A stretch of DNA of 63,148 bases, counting the filler, from Stramenopiles sp. TOSAG23-3 (lineage: Eukaryota): assembly GCA_900128585.1 (NCBI GenBank). It is 6 parts of 6 records of this genome, joined end to end, with 100 filler letters (N's around TTAATTAATTAA, not from the genome) between each part and the next. Parts side by side here need not be neighbours in the genome. Positions count along the whole stretch, not along the records: positions 24,588 to 36,763 come from LT642702.1; positions 36,864 to 49,039 come from LT642703.1; 4 more parts are not named here. The stretch is one strand, 5' to 3'. The notes below the pieces were generated by a model. It saw nothing but the letters and a program-made list of their open reading frames with translations, did not search any database and was not told the DNA's origin. Shown here piece by piece: positions 31,601-40,782 of this stretch (its first letter is position 1; every line of letters begins with the position of its first letter). Position numbers and translations under genes: made by a program.

Positions 31601-32026
31601 GACCATGATTTCCCACTCCTTCGTGTACCGGGACACGGCCGCGCGGCACTCTGCGTTGTACGCCCGGATGCCCATCTTCTCGACGTCGGACTTGCTCTTG
31701 ATGCCAAGCTTTTTGTCGATGATCAGCTCCACCGGGACCCCGTGGCAGTCCCAACCGAAGCGGCGCTGGACGTTGTGGCCGGTTTGGTGGGCCCACCGTG
31801 TCACGGTATCTTTGATCGTCCCGGCAAGGATGTGCCCGTAATGGGGGAGCCCAGTCGCAAACGGAGGGCCATCGTAGAACGTGTACAGAGGCTTGTCCTT
31901 GTTAAGCTCCAGTGACGTCTTGAACGCGTCTATCTTGTTCCAAAACTCAAGCGTGTCCGCCTCCTCGTTCGCAAAGTCCAGCCGGTCCGGAATGTTCGGC
32001 ACTTCCCTCGGTTCACCAGACAACAT
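28691..32026 (-). CDS. IARS1: Isoleucine--tRNA ligase, cytoplasmic (eukaryote-type)
   Basis: DGPPFATGLPHYGH (HIGH), GWDCHG, AWTTTPWTLPSN, DWCVSRNRYWGTP, EGLDQTRGWFY, KMSKR (KMSKS). Confidence 0.98.
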   Translation of the reverse strand: MLSGEPREVPNIPDRLDFANEEADTLEFWNKIDAFKTSLELNKDKPLYTFYDGPPFATGLPHYGHILAGTIKDTVTRWAHQTGHNVQRRFGWDCHGVPVELIIDKKLGIKSKSDVEKMGIRAYNAECRAAVSRYTKEWEIMVKRLGRWIDMENDYKTMEPWFMESVWWTFSEIWKKGLVYKGFKVMPYSTVLNTPLSNFEASQNYKDVNDPAVVVSFPLVSDPDVAFLAWTTTPWTLPSNLALCVNPEMVYVKYKDLKTEKVYILMETRLCEMYPGIKKGKKYKGGEFEVVQKYKGSELKGLAYTPLFDYFGDRAGNGSFVVCTDAYVDDSSGTGVVHQAPAFGEDDYRVCMAHGVIEKGEPIPCPLDANGNFTEEVKGFVGQHVKAADEGICAELKSRGRLIKKSAIKHSYPFCWRSDTPLIYRVIPSWFIDVTSIKDKLIKNNTEGTYWVPRSVKEGRFHNWLSNARDWCVSRNRYWGTPLPIWVSDDGEESVCVGSIAELEELTGTKVEDIHRENIDDLTIPSKMGKGVLRRVPEVMDCWFESGSMPYAQQHYPFENKETFEKGFPADFIAEGLDQTRGWFYTLMVISTALFDKPAFKNLVVNGLVLAEDGKKMSKRLMNYPDPKIVVNKYGADALRLYLINSPVVRAEELKFREDGVKSVLRDLFLPWYNAFRFMFQNVSRLQNTTGKGFTPSSEQAKKSTNLMDFWIQASLHNLIKYVHEEMKAYRLYTVIPALVKFIEQLTKWYVRLNRPRLKGSDGPEDTGRALSTLYEVLLTLSRIMAPFTPYFAEYIYQHLRILGGIATAKSTEKTLDPSASVHFENVPKFDPSRLDDEIEGQVSVLQDIVDLGRVVRERRSISMKMPLAKIIVVSRNPAKLAAVEKLRHYIKTELTCMDVEATNEEGKWCKFKAVADNKILGRKLGKSFGKVRKEIGKLTHEQIIQFEDDGKIELAGCEVLTGELVIHREFSGDKKVYEAQTTKAGDIVVIIDTRADDAMRQTYVAREVISRVQKLRKTLGLRVGDEVEVFYKISDDAASTAIEAALKANMGMVKETIRTTMVPLANLPADVSVLGSEIFDIADGKIELTLKSSNVGVDDITVKLEAAGTN

Positions 32027-32720
32027 GTTGAGCGCAATGGTGGTGTTTTAGAATGGGTAGAAAAGGTGTATTGTAAACAACAACAAAAAAGAGAAGTAGA
32101 AATACAGTGCAAATACGTTGAACTTGCTTTCTCTCAAAATTCTCAATCAAAACTAACATTTGTTGATCCTACTTTCCTTTCCATCTTTTCTTCTCTTTAT
32201 ATATAATATATAATAATAATTACTTTGTATATATAAATACATAGCTTATTAATTATAATAGAGAGAAGACGACGTCTTCTTCTATCACATAATAATAATA
32301 ATACGAAAAAAAAATATTATTAAAAAAAAAAGAAGATCTTCTTCTTTTTCTTCTTTTCTTCTTTTTTTCTTTTCTTGTGGCGAAGAATTAATTTGCTTAT
32401 AATGTTAAAAGCATAGAGAGAGTATAGAGAGAGGAGGCGAAAGTAATGAAAGTAATGAAAGGATTGAATGACTAGACTGCGTATCTAACACCATCCATCC
32501 ATCTTTCTTTTCTTTACTAATAGTCTAATAAATATATTCCATGGCTCTGAAAAACGATTTAAAGATTTCATTATAGTCTAATATATATTTAAAGTAAACT
32601 TATCTATATAATAACATATTCATATATTATTTATATTATATTTATATTATTATATTACCTATATATAATTAATATTATTATAATTGTACTTTATATTATT
32701 TTATTCAATAGAAAAGAAGA

Positions 32721-32875
32721 AGAATTCTTTCTTTCTTTCTTCTTCTTTCTTCTTTCTTCTTTCTTCTTTTTCTTCTTCTTCTTCTTTCTTCTTCTTCTTC
32801 TTCTTCTTTCTTCTTCTTCTTCTTCTTTCTTCTTCTTCTTTTTCTTCTTCTTTCTTCTTCTTCTTCTTTTTTTTC
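32721..32875. repeat. Imperfect (TTC)n polypyrimidine microsatellite in the divergent spacer
   Basis: Read directly; produces the spurious poly-K/E/F ORFs in the track. Confidence 0.95.
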
Positions 32876-33365
32876 CCCATCATATCTCACCACATAGGAG
32901 ACAGGAAGAGGATCGATGATTATTGTATTATAATTTTATTATTTATTATATTTTCATCATATCATCATCGCGAAGAAAAAATAATAATAGTCTAATAATA
33001 ATATTTATACAGTATAATAGGACTACTGTATAAATAATTATAATAATAAAATATAAAAAAAGAAGAAGAAGCGAAGAAGAAGAACGAAAAGAAGAACGAA
33101 AAAAAAGAAGAGATATAATAATGGCAATAATATTTTATTATTTATTATTTAGTAGTATAGAGAAGAAGAAGATTCTCGGTGGACCGTCCGACCTTTCTTT
33201 TTTTCTTTTTTTCTTCTATTACTACTTTTGATAAGAATTTAAAAGACTGCTCCTGACATAAACTCTTACTCTTTGTCTAGAAGCATATCGTAAGAATTAT
33301 TATCCAACCAACCTTTTTACACTGCCAAAGAAAGAAAAAAGAACGAAGGAAGCGATACGGTTGCA

Positions 33366-34304
33366 ATGAACCAGCATGTTTACTTCGTTGCCCTGGCCCT
33401 GTTGCTGTTGGGAACAACGTGCGCTTTTGCCGGAGATGTGCCGGTATTTCAGAAAGCTGCGGACGCCCGCGTCTTTACCAAAACGAACGATATAAGTGTT
33501 ATTGGTGTGTTTGCGTCAAATGATGGGGACAACGCGCACTTTATCAAATGTTTCAAAAAGGTAGCAGAGGCCTGGGGCAACGGCGGCGTTGCGTTCGGAA
33601 TTGGCTACGACAAGGGGAACTCCTTCACGGAAAAGTTTGGCGACCCGACGGGACCGCCCATGGTGTACGCGCAAGTTAACTTTAGGGAAGACGGGTCCAT
33701 TAGGAGAGGCAAAAAGCGCCGCATCGGGTTTCACTTCAGCGAGAAAGGAAAGATGAGCGACTGCGTCCAAGCTGTTCAAAAGTTCATCTTTTCCTCCTGC
33801 ATCCGCCCCGTCGAATACTTTCCGGGTGAGGTCGATTCCGCCGCTAGGACACAGATGGCTTTGTTCTCGTCTACTTGGCCAAAGCTGCTGATGCCCTACA
33901 AGTCTTTGCCAAAAGAATTTGCAGAGAACGACCTGGCCGATCTCGCATTGCAGTTCAATGGCGCTATCCATGTCGTAGCTATCGACCTGAACGATGTCAC
34001 GGGAAATGCCGACAACCTGATGAAAAACTTGAACATTGAGACACCCAAAGGAAGCGAGTTCTCCTTCGCTATCTTCGACCCAACCGCCGCCTCTGGCAGA
34101 ACCGTTACCCCTTACGACGAAAAGACCGACCCGTCCAGGGAGGACCTTGTGGAATTTATGAGGCAGCACTTGGCCGAGAATCCGCCAAGACATCAAAGCT
34201 TCTTAGGCGGAACAAAGAAAACAAAGAAGAAGAAGACGAAAAAGAAGAAGAAAACCAAGAAGAAGAAGAAGAGCAAAAACAACAACAACCAGGACGATTT
34301 ATAA
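33366..34304 (+). CDS. ER-lumenal protein with non-catalytic thioredoxin-like (PDI b/b'-type) folds
   Basis: Signal peptide; ISVIGVF...FKKVAEAW..VAFG and LADLALQFNGAIHVVAID patterns; no CxxC; Lys-rich tail ending QDDL (KDEL-like). Confidence 0.65.
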   Translation: MNQHVYFVALALLLLGTTCAFAGDVPVFQKAADARVFTKTNDISVIGVFASNDGDNAHFIKCFKKVAEAWGNGGVAFGIGYDKGNSFTEKFGDPTGPPMVYAQVNFREDGSIRRGKKRRIGFHFSEKGKMSDCVQAVQKFIFSSCIRPVEYFPGEVDSAARTQMALFSSTWPKLLMPYKSLPKEFAENDLADLALQFNGAIHVVAIDLNDVTGNADNLMKNLNIETPKGSEFSFAIFDPTAASGRTVTPYDEKTDPSREDLVEFMRQHLAENPPRHQSFLGGTKKTKKKKTKKKKKTKKKKKSKNNNNQDDL

Positions 34305-34841
34305 GAAGAAGAAGTAATTATTTTTTTAATAAAAATAATGGCGGCGGGCGGCGGGCGGCTGATGATTGATGAAGAAGAAAAAGAAGTAAGAGTAATAATT
34401 TAAAATAATTATTCGTATTTTACACCACCAACCACTTCGAGGATAATTCTACCGGTACCCAGGAGCCGTAGACTACTAAATTCTAAATGATATTATTACT
34501 CATACCATCATCATCCATCATCCTCCACTTTTATTATTAATAACTATACGGTAACGAACAACAACAGAGGAGGAGAAGTAAATAGTTGTTTTTTATTTTA
34601 TTATATTATTATTATTTTATTATTTATATAGACTAATAATAAAAAATGGTCGAGTCGCGTACAAATGATAGTTGATTACGAATGGATAATTAAACACATA
34701 AGGAATTAAAACGAACCGCAAGGGTTTAACTTCTTCCCCAAAGCGAGCGAGGTATCGCAGGGATTTTATCGGAATTTTTAGTGCAATCTTCGCTTCATTT
34801 TACCGTTTTAGGTCGAACGATTGGCGCAGAATTGCTCACGC

Positions 34842-36763
34842 ATGATTCACCCCCAAGACGCCGCTGGGGGCGTTGCCAGCCGTAACGTCGCGGTGCTGAA
34901 GTTGAAACGCGCGTTGCCGTCAAGTAACAGCGATAGAATCGCAGTCCCGTCTCAGACGAACGTTGTCCTGGAAAAATTAGACAGTGTGCTGGACATTTGC
35001 AGGCAAGTACCATTCTTGAAAGACGTTGACTTTGAGGCTTACTTGGAACTGACCCGAATCCTTCTCGGTCCAGTGTTGCATGAGTGGTACCCTCTCTTTG
35101 ACGATCTGTCACGAAGGGAACGGTTTGATGTATTTTTTTGTTCACACGCGGATGGGGGCGTTGCATCCCCTGGTTTGTGCGTTCTTGCGTTGTGCGTATG
35201 CACAAAATTTTTGGAACAGGAGGAAAAGGGAAAATTAGACCCGCTGTACATGGGGAGGTACTTGGGACGCACGCTCGAGCAGCGGTGGCTGACCAACGAA
35301 GCCTCTCTTCGGTCCGCACTGTCCGACTTCGAGCGTCGGAGCGACGTGCTGCAGCAACAATTTTTGAAAAATCTGTGCAGTGTCCGTGACAGGCTGTGCA
35401 GTGCGCTGAGGCGAGACACTCCGGACACGTTCTCGCAAGGCACTTACTTCGCCCTATTGTCGCACGCTTCGATTGGGAGCATGATGGGATGCCTGTGCCG
35501 TGCTCCTCGCAGGGAACGCGCCGAAATCAAAGACGCCGAACGCTTTTACGCCGCGACGGTGCACAAGCTGGTGGCCAACGGGGGCGCCGCGCAGCTGTCG
35601 TACGTATTTGTCAAGGATGTGATTTCCCACCACTCTAAGAGCACCGACCTTGGGGCGGACATGAAATCTTTGCAAGATTTGATTCGTGCCTTGCCAACCG
35701 TCACACGGGAAAAGTTTATAGTCTCAATCGTGATGGACCACATTTCTCTCTTTTGGGGCTCGTCTCGCAAACGCCCCATGTTCTACCGTTTGTTCCGCCC
35801 GCTAGTGCACCGCTCCGTCGACATGATGTACATATTTCAGAAAGTCATTTTAATGAAAAAGTTGCCACCGAAAGAGGCCATCAAATTCTCGCTGCGTCTG
35901 ATCTGCAACCCCCTGGAGTACGGGACCCCCGGAGCCAAATCCAGGTTTGCCATGCCAGTGCTTACCCATCTGGTAGAATTTTGGGGCAGCCCCGCCTTCG
36001 TGAATCAAACGGACTATGCCCGGCACGCAAACATTACCCGCCAAGTGCTGTATGGGTTGCGGTGGACAAGCAAAGACGACATAGAGCGCACCGCACTCCT
36101 GCGGCTCTTTCTGAGCGGGGTCCAAACGCACATGGAAAGCAGCGTGGAGAAAGTAAGAAAGCTCGGAATGATGGTGGCAAGAAGGTTTTCCCTAGTCCTG
36201 GAGCCCTCGAAACCGATACAATTTGAAGGGATTCTGTCCCCGGAAGAGATCAGCGTTGTCGACGACAGCACGTTCGGGGTAGAGGACAAGGACGACGAGG
36301 ACTACGCGTCCGACGACGAGGACGCGCCAGGACCAGCCCCAGGCGGTTGGGAAGAGGAAGGAGCAAACAACAACGGTGCCCAAGTGCTGAATCGAGACCA
36401 CCCGGACGCCCCAGTGCACACGGATGATGAGTTATCGAGCGACACTGAGAGCGAAGACAGCGACGATATGTCTAGCGAAGCAGAAGACGAGACCGCTTAC
36501 GTCGATACCCACCTGCCGCTCCCCCCGAAACCGCTTACCCCGTATGACCTGCCGGACGAGACCAGGGGGCCGGGGTACAAACTGCCAGAAGGAGAATCTG
36601 CCCCGCTGTACTTGGGGGAATTCATGAAAGGGTTGCAAGAGCGGGAAAAGTACGACGTTCATTACGCCGCGTTGTTGAATTTAGAAAAAGCGGTACGGCG
36701 AAATGACCCCAGCCTGATGTTGCACGCAGTGGAGTTGACGTCGGTGCTAATACATTTGACCAA
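34842..36763 (+). CDS. TELO2: Telomere length regulation protein TEL2 (TTT complex), 3'-truncated by the contig end
   Basis: LFLSGVQTHMESSVEKVRKLGMMVARRFS, acidic SDxD linker, LTPYDLPDE, APLYLGEFMKGL, ELTSVLIHL motifs typical of Tel2; first ATG at 34842. Confidence 0.85.
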
Positions 36764-36863
36764 NNNNNNNNNNNNNNNNNNNNNNNNNNNNNNNNNNNNN
36801 NNNNNNNTTAATTAATTAANNNNNNNNNNNNNNNNNNNNNNNNNNNNNNNNNNNNNNNNNNNN
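36764..36863. other. Artificial contig linker
   Basis: N44-TTAATTAATTAA-N44. Confidence 0.98.
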
Positions 36864-37124
36864 CTTGGGGGTACGGGGCCCGTGCTTGCGAGCCTGTCTT
36901 CCGATGGAGCGGAGACGGCAAAGAAAGGCGCCGCCCTTCACATTTCCCGGTTGTTCAGGCTGTGGTCCAAAGTGTTGGGGCGCGCGACTTTGAAGCAGGC
37001 CCTTGGTTTGCTTATTAGTAGAATCCCGCTGGCCGTCTTTCACGACGTCACTGGTTACATTCGCGACGAAAAAGAGGCGCACGCATTTCAGCATTGCAGA
37101 AAAAGGATTTGTGGGGATTTATAA
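36864..37124 (+). CDS. C-terminal fragment of an unknown protein (5' lost at contig edge)
   Basis: Frame open from the contig edge to TAA at 37124; coding-like composition. Confidence 0.5.
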   Translation, partial: LGGTGPVLASLSSDGAETAKKGAALHISRLFRLWSKVLGRATLKQALGLLISRIPLAVFHDVTGYIRDEKEAHAFQHCRKRICGDL

Positions 37125-37249
37125 TTCGTAACTTATGTTAAATTCAGTCTTAATAAATTGCGGCGTCTAATGGCACACCATACTCCGGGAGCACCGTTTA
37201 ATTTTATAGAAACATACGCGAGAATTAAAACATTCCAGAGAATACTTCT

Positions 37250-38704
37250 TCACAATTCGGCAACAGCATTGAAAGATACCATTTCCTGCTTCCCTTCCGT
37301 CTCACGGGAGCTGTGAAGGGTGTATTTCTTTCGGTCGCGCAACCTCTTCAAAATGCACGTCGATAGTACGGCAATTAGAATGCCCACACATATCCCAATA
37401 GCAATTCCTGCACCGCCAGATAGATCGTCAAGCATGGCCAAAAATCCGCTGCGAGTGAGCTTTTTGGGGGCATCGCTGCAGTCTTGGGCAGCTGTATTAC
37501 CGCACTCAGTGCACCACTCCGTCTTGAACAAAGTCTTGGCTTCAATGGCTTTCTTAAACGCAGACACAGGGCAGGAGGTAGCCGTGCAAGACGTAGACAA
37601 TGACAAATAGGGGGCATTACTTAGAGGCACTCGGTCCCCATCCTTAAATTTCAATTTTATGTATAGATCCTGCTCCGATGCCGCGCCCCCGCTTTTTTTC
37701 CACACCTCGATGACCAACGCAGATGCATAATTGGGAACGGAAGTCGACGAAAGAAACGCCTTGTTCGTCTCAAACAAATCAAACGTGGCAAAAAGCCCTA
37801 GAATGGTAGGATAGTGGGCAGCATAGAAAATAACTTTGTGCTTCGGGAGAGCCTTCAATTTTGCTTGTTCCGCGACAGTGGCCTGCTCATAGATGCCTTT
37901 CACTCTGCCGAGAATCGTTTGCCACAGATTTGACCCTAGAAGGTTCGCGGCAACATCGTTCCCATATCTTCGGTGCTCAACCCACGCAGTTAAGTTTTTC
38001 AACTTTGCGAATTGAGAGTCCGATATCTTTTTCGACATCGAATCGTCAGGGCTCAAGTCTTTCCTTACATTGATCGTATCAAAAACGTTCCAAATATTCT
38101 TTAGTTGCAAATACCCTTCGCGTACATCTTCAGGCGACATTAGCCCCGGGTAAAGGGAAGCAATGTCTTTAAGAAACTGCCGATTGTCTTTCTCTTGTGC
38201 AACGAACGGCGACGAAGCGTACAGTTCATGGAGCCGTTTTACAAACTCTGGGCAGTTCCTATACGCCAGTATGTCGATATCGTTCTCCCGGCGTACGCTA
38301 TGAACAGGAATAAACGTCGTTAAGTTGCTAGGGAACGCCGTAGAATCATTCTGCGGCCAAACGCCGTTTGAAAATCCCATGGCAGAAGACAGGGTCCTAT
38401 CGAAGTCCGAAGAGCTTAGCCAGGCCTCGTCGGCTTCGTACGCCGTCGAAAAGGAACCCGCACCAGTCATGTACGCTTTACGAACCTCCCGCCCAAGATC
38501 TACCTGCTGCTTTTGCCCATCCCTAGTTAAACTGGCCCCACCTTCCGCTAATGTCACCGCATCTTTACTAAGAATCGTCCGCGCACCATGGCGTGCAATG
38601 ACCTGAACCTGTTCGAGGGTGTCGGAACTCGCAGTCCGGAGCCACACGGAGACTGAGAGGCAAAGGACCTGCAAATAGCGGTACCGGTAATGCACGGAAC
38701 GCAT
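37250..38704 (-). CDS. Histidine acid phosphatase (branch 2), lysosomal acid phosphatase-like, type I membrane protein
   Basis: Signal peptide; VIARHGAR (RHGxR); SSDFDRTLSSA; PNYASALVIEV; C-terminal TM and short cytosolic tail. Confidence 0.9.
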   Translation of the reverse strand: MRSVHYRYRYLQVLCLSVSVWLRTASSDTLEQVQVIARHGARTILSKDAVTLAEGGASLTRDGQKQQVDLGREVRKAYMTGAGSFSTAYEADEAWLSSSDFDRTLSSAMGFSNGVWPQNDSTAFPSNLTTFIPVHSVRRENDIDILAYRNCPEFVKRLHELYASSPFVAQEKDNRQFLKDIASLYPGLMSPEDVREGYLQLKNIWNVFDTINVRKDLSPDDSMSKKISDSQFAKLKNLTAWVEHRRYGNDVAANLLGSNLWQTILGRVKGIYEQATVAEQAKLKALPKHKVIFYAAHYPTILGLFATFDLFETNKAFLSSTSVPNYASALVIEVWKKSGGAASEQDLYIKLKFKDGDRVPLSNAPYLSLSTSCTATSCPVSAFKKAIEAKTLFKTEWCTECGNTAAQDCSDAPKKLTRSGFLAMLDDLSGGAGIAIGICVGILIAVLSTCILKRLRDRKKYTLHSSRETEGKQEMVSFNAVAEL

Positions 38705-39401
38705 TGTTCGCGAGAAAGAAAATACAACAACGTAAAACGAAATCAGCTCAATGACAATGATAACAAGAATCTATGCCCTTGTTAACGACTCAAACTAACC
38801 AAGCCTCGCTTAAATTATAAACATTCATCATCCTTTTTAGACAGACACAGGTTGAACGTATTTATTATATAAAATACCTACCACCATCCAAGTTAGTTAA
38901 TATTTAATTATTATTATTATTATAGAAAAGAAGAAGAATGACCTCACTCTCCTATCATATACACTACTATGTTATCTACAATAACTACAACAATAAAGAA
39001 CAAAGAACATCCCCTCCTCCGTCCGACGTGCATAATTATTTAAGTATAAATAATTAGGAATAAATATTCATCCCTTTCATTTGTATTCTATAATTATATA
39101 ATTTACAATTATTATTCCAGAAGAAGAAGGCGTATGATAAATATATCCTTAACGAACTGATAATGAAGAAAAATACGAAAAAAAAAAACGCCGACGACTT
39201 TATATATAGTAAAACAATATAGTGAAAACTTTTACGATGGAAGTGTATGCACGAAACGCCGAAGAAGAAAGAGAGGTTGGTGGATCACTTTCTGTCGGTT
39301 TCGGACATCGACAATTGGTGTTTATTTTAAAGCATTTGTTTGTCCAGCAAAAACGGCGATACCACATTTTGTCCTTGCAAAAGTGTTCGTTGACTTCGTG
39401 C

Positions 39402-40157
39402 ATGCAAGACCCTGTCCTCTTAGCCGACTCTCCCCGTTCTGGAGGTAAATACGCCGTCAGTGAATTTTCCATCGCCACTGAGTTTGAAGACAGCCGCGAT
39501 CAGAAGCGTAGAAACATGAGAAGAAGTAATTTAAAAAAGTATGGGTGCATTGCGTGCTTCGTTGTGCAATGTTTTTTACTAGTAGGGCTGGCCACGGGCT
39601 TCTTTTCCCGATACCCAAAGTGTGAAGGTGTTTGTGCAAATATTAGTGGGACGGAAGAGTTAATGCGCCAGAAGGAGCATGGAACTTGTGTGGGAGCGGT
39701 GCCGGAGTCGATTCGATGGGGCTGCGATCGGGAGACAGCGGACAGAATATCATGCTACAACCGGCATTATGCAGAGCACAGTGGCTACTTTCAGTCTACA
39801 TCGTTCGTCAATTACGCAAAGGCAGCAGGGGAAAAGAACGAGCAAATCATTTTTTATGATTCAGTGACAAGTAAAAAATTGTTTGTCGCGCCTGTTGGTA
39901 GGTCCATGGACGATTTTTTGATCGAGAGCGAAAACCATGGCTGGCCGTCGTTCAGAGATCCCGAAGTTGTCCAATCGACTGTACGAGTATTACCAAACGG
40001 CGAAACCGTGTCAGCGGACGGCACACATTTAGGTCACAACCTTCCCGATACCAAAGGAAATCGGTACTGTATCAATTTAGTTTCCGTAGCAGGCCAAGCT
40101 CCAACACCAAAGACCGAATTGGATAGAGTCAACGATGAAGCCCGCGCGGTACTCTAA
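39402..40157 (+). CDS. Methionine-R-sulfoxide reductase (MsrB/SelR)-like protein with N-terminal membrane anchor
   Basis: HGWPSF, THLGHNLPD, NRYCIN motifs; hydrophobic segment YGCIACFVVQCFLLVGLATGFF; start uncertain (ATG 39402 preferred, ATG 39237 possible). Confidence 0.85.
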   Translation: MQDPVLLADSPRSGGKYAVSEFSIATEFEDSRDQKRRNMRRSNLKKYGCIACFVVQCFLLVGLATGFFSRYPKCEGVCANISGTEELMRQKEHGTCVGAVPESIRWGCDRETADRISCYNRHYAEHSGYFQSTSFVNYAKAAGEKNEQIIFYDSVTSKKLFVAPVGRSMDDFLIESENHGWPSFRDPEVVQSTVRVLPNGETVSADGTHLGHNLPDTKGNRYCINLVSVAGQAPTPKTELDRVNDEARAVL

Positions 40158-40475
40158 AAAGACATACAAAGCGCTGATAATGACAACTGCCTCATGACTC
40201 ATGCAATATAAAATAAAGCTCAAATACACTATATATATACAAAATATACTGACCCTGAGTCACTGAGAGTTGACTCTTTTTTTAAAAAATAAATTCGGAT
40301 CAATGAATGAATATTAATATAAGAAATAAGAAAAGTCGAACACTTTCAATTTATTATATTTTATAATTTTTTTATTAGATATAAACCCTAATATTAACTC
40401 TATTAAGACCAATGTATTATTGAATGGCTGGCGAGATCGAAAGTTAATATAAAATACAGGTATACAACAGGTGAT

Positions 40476-40580
40476 AAGAAAGAAAGAAGTAGAGAAGAAA
40501 GAAGAAGAAGAAGAAGAAGAAGAAGAAGGGAGGAAAAAAGAAAGAAAGAAAGAAGAAAGAAGAAAAGGAAAGAGACAAGG
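40476..40580. repeat. Imperfect (GAA)n purine microsatellite
   Basis: Read directly. Confidence 0.9.
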
Positions 40581-40782
40581 TAGGAGGTACGGTACGGTAG
40601 GAGGATCATTTTTTACAATTTGTGTATCATATAGAATATACGGAACATTTGAAATTTTGATGATTGAGAGAGTCTTTGTTTGGTTTGTTATGTTTAGATT
40701 CAAAAGGTAAACCGAGGCATAATATTTCACAGCCCATTCTTTCTTTGTCTTGCAACGTTCCTGAAGACAAACCAACGACAAC

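Noticed and set aside
29792-31915. 707-aa antisense ORF (and other long overlapping ORFs) opposite IleRS
   Set aside because: Expected by-product of extreme GC3 bias on the sense gene; no domain-like motifs; non-ATG start
32684-32995. Poly-F/S/K/E ORFs, and similar ones at 40314-40710
   Set aside because: Translations of (TTC/GAA)n microsatellites in AT-rich intergenic DNA
36864-37124. Fragment as the C-terminus of TEL2 across the gap
   Set aside because: The gap is an artificial linker between size-sorted contigs; no Tel2 motif recognised
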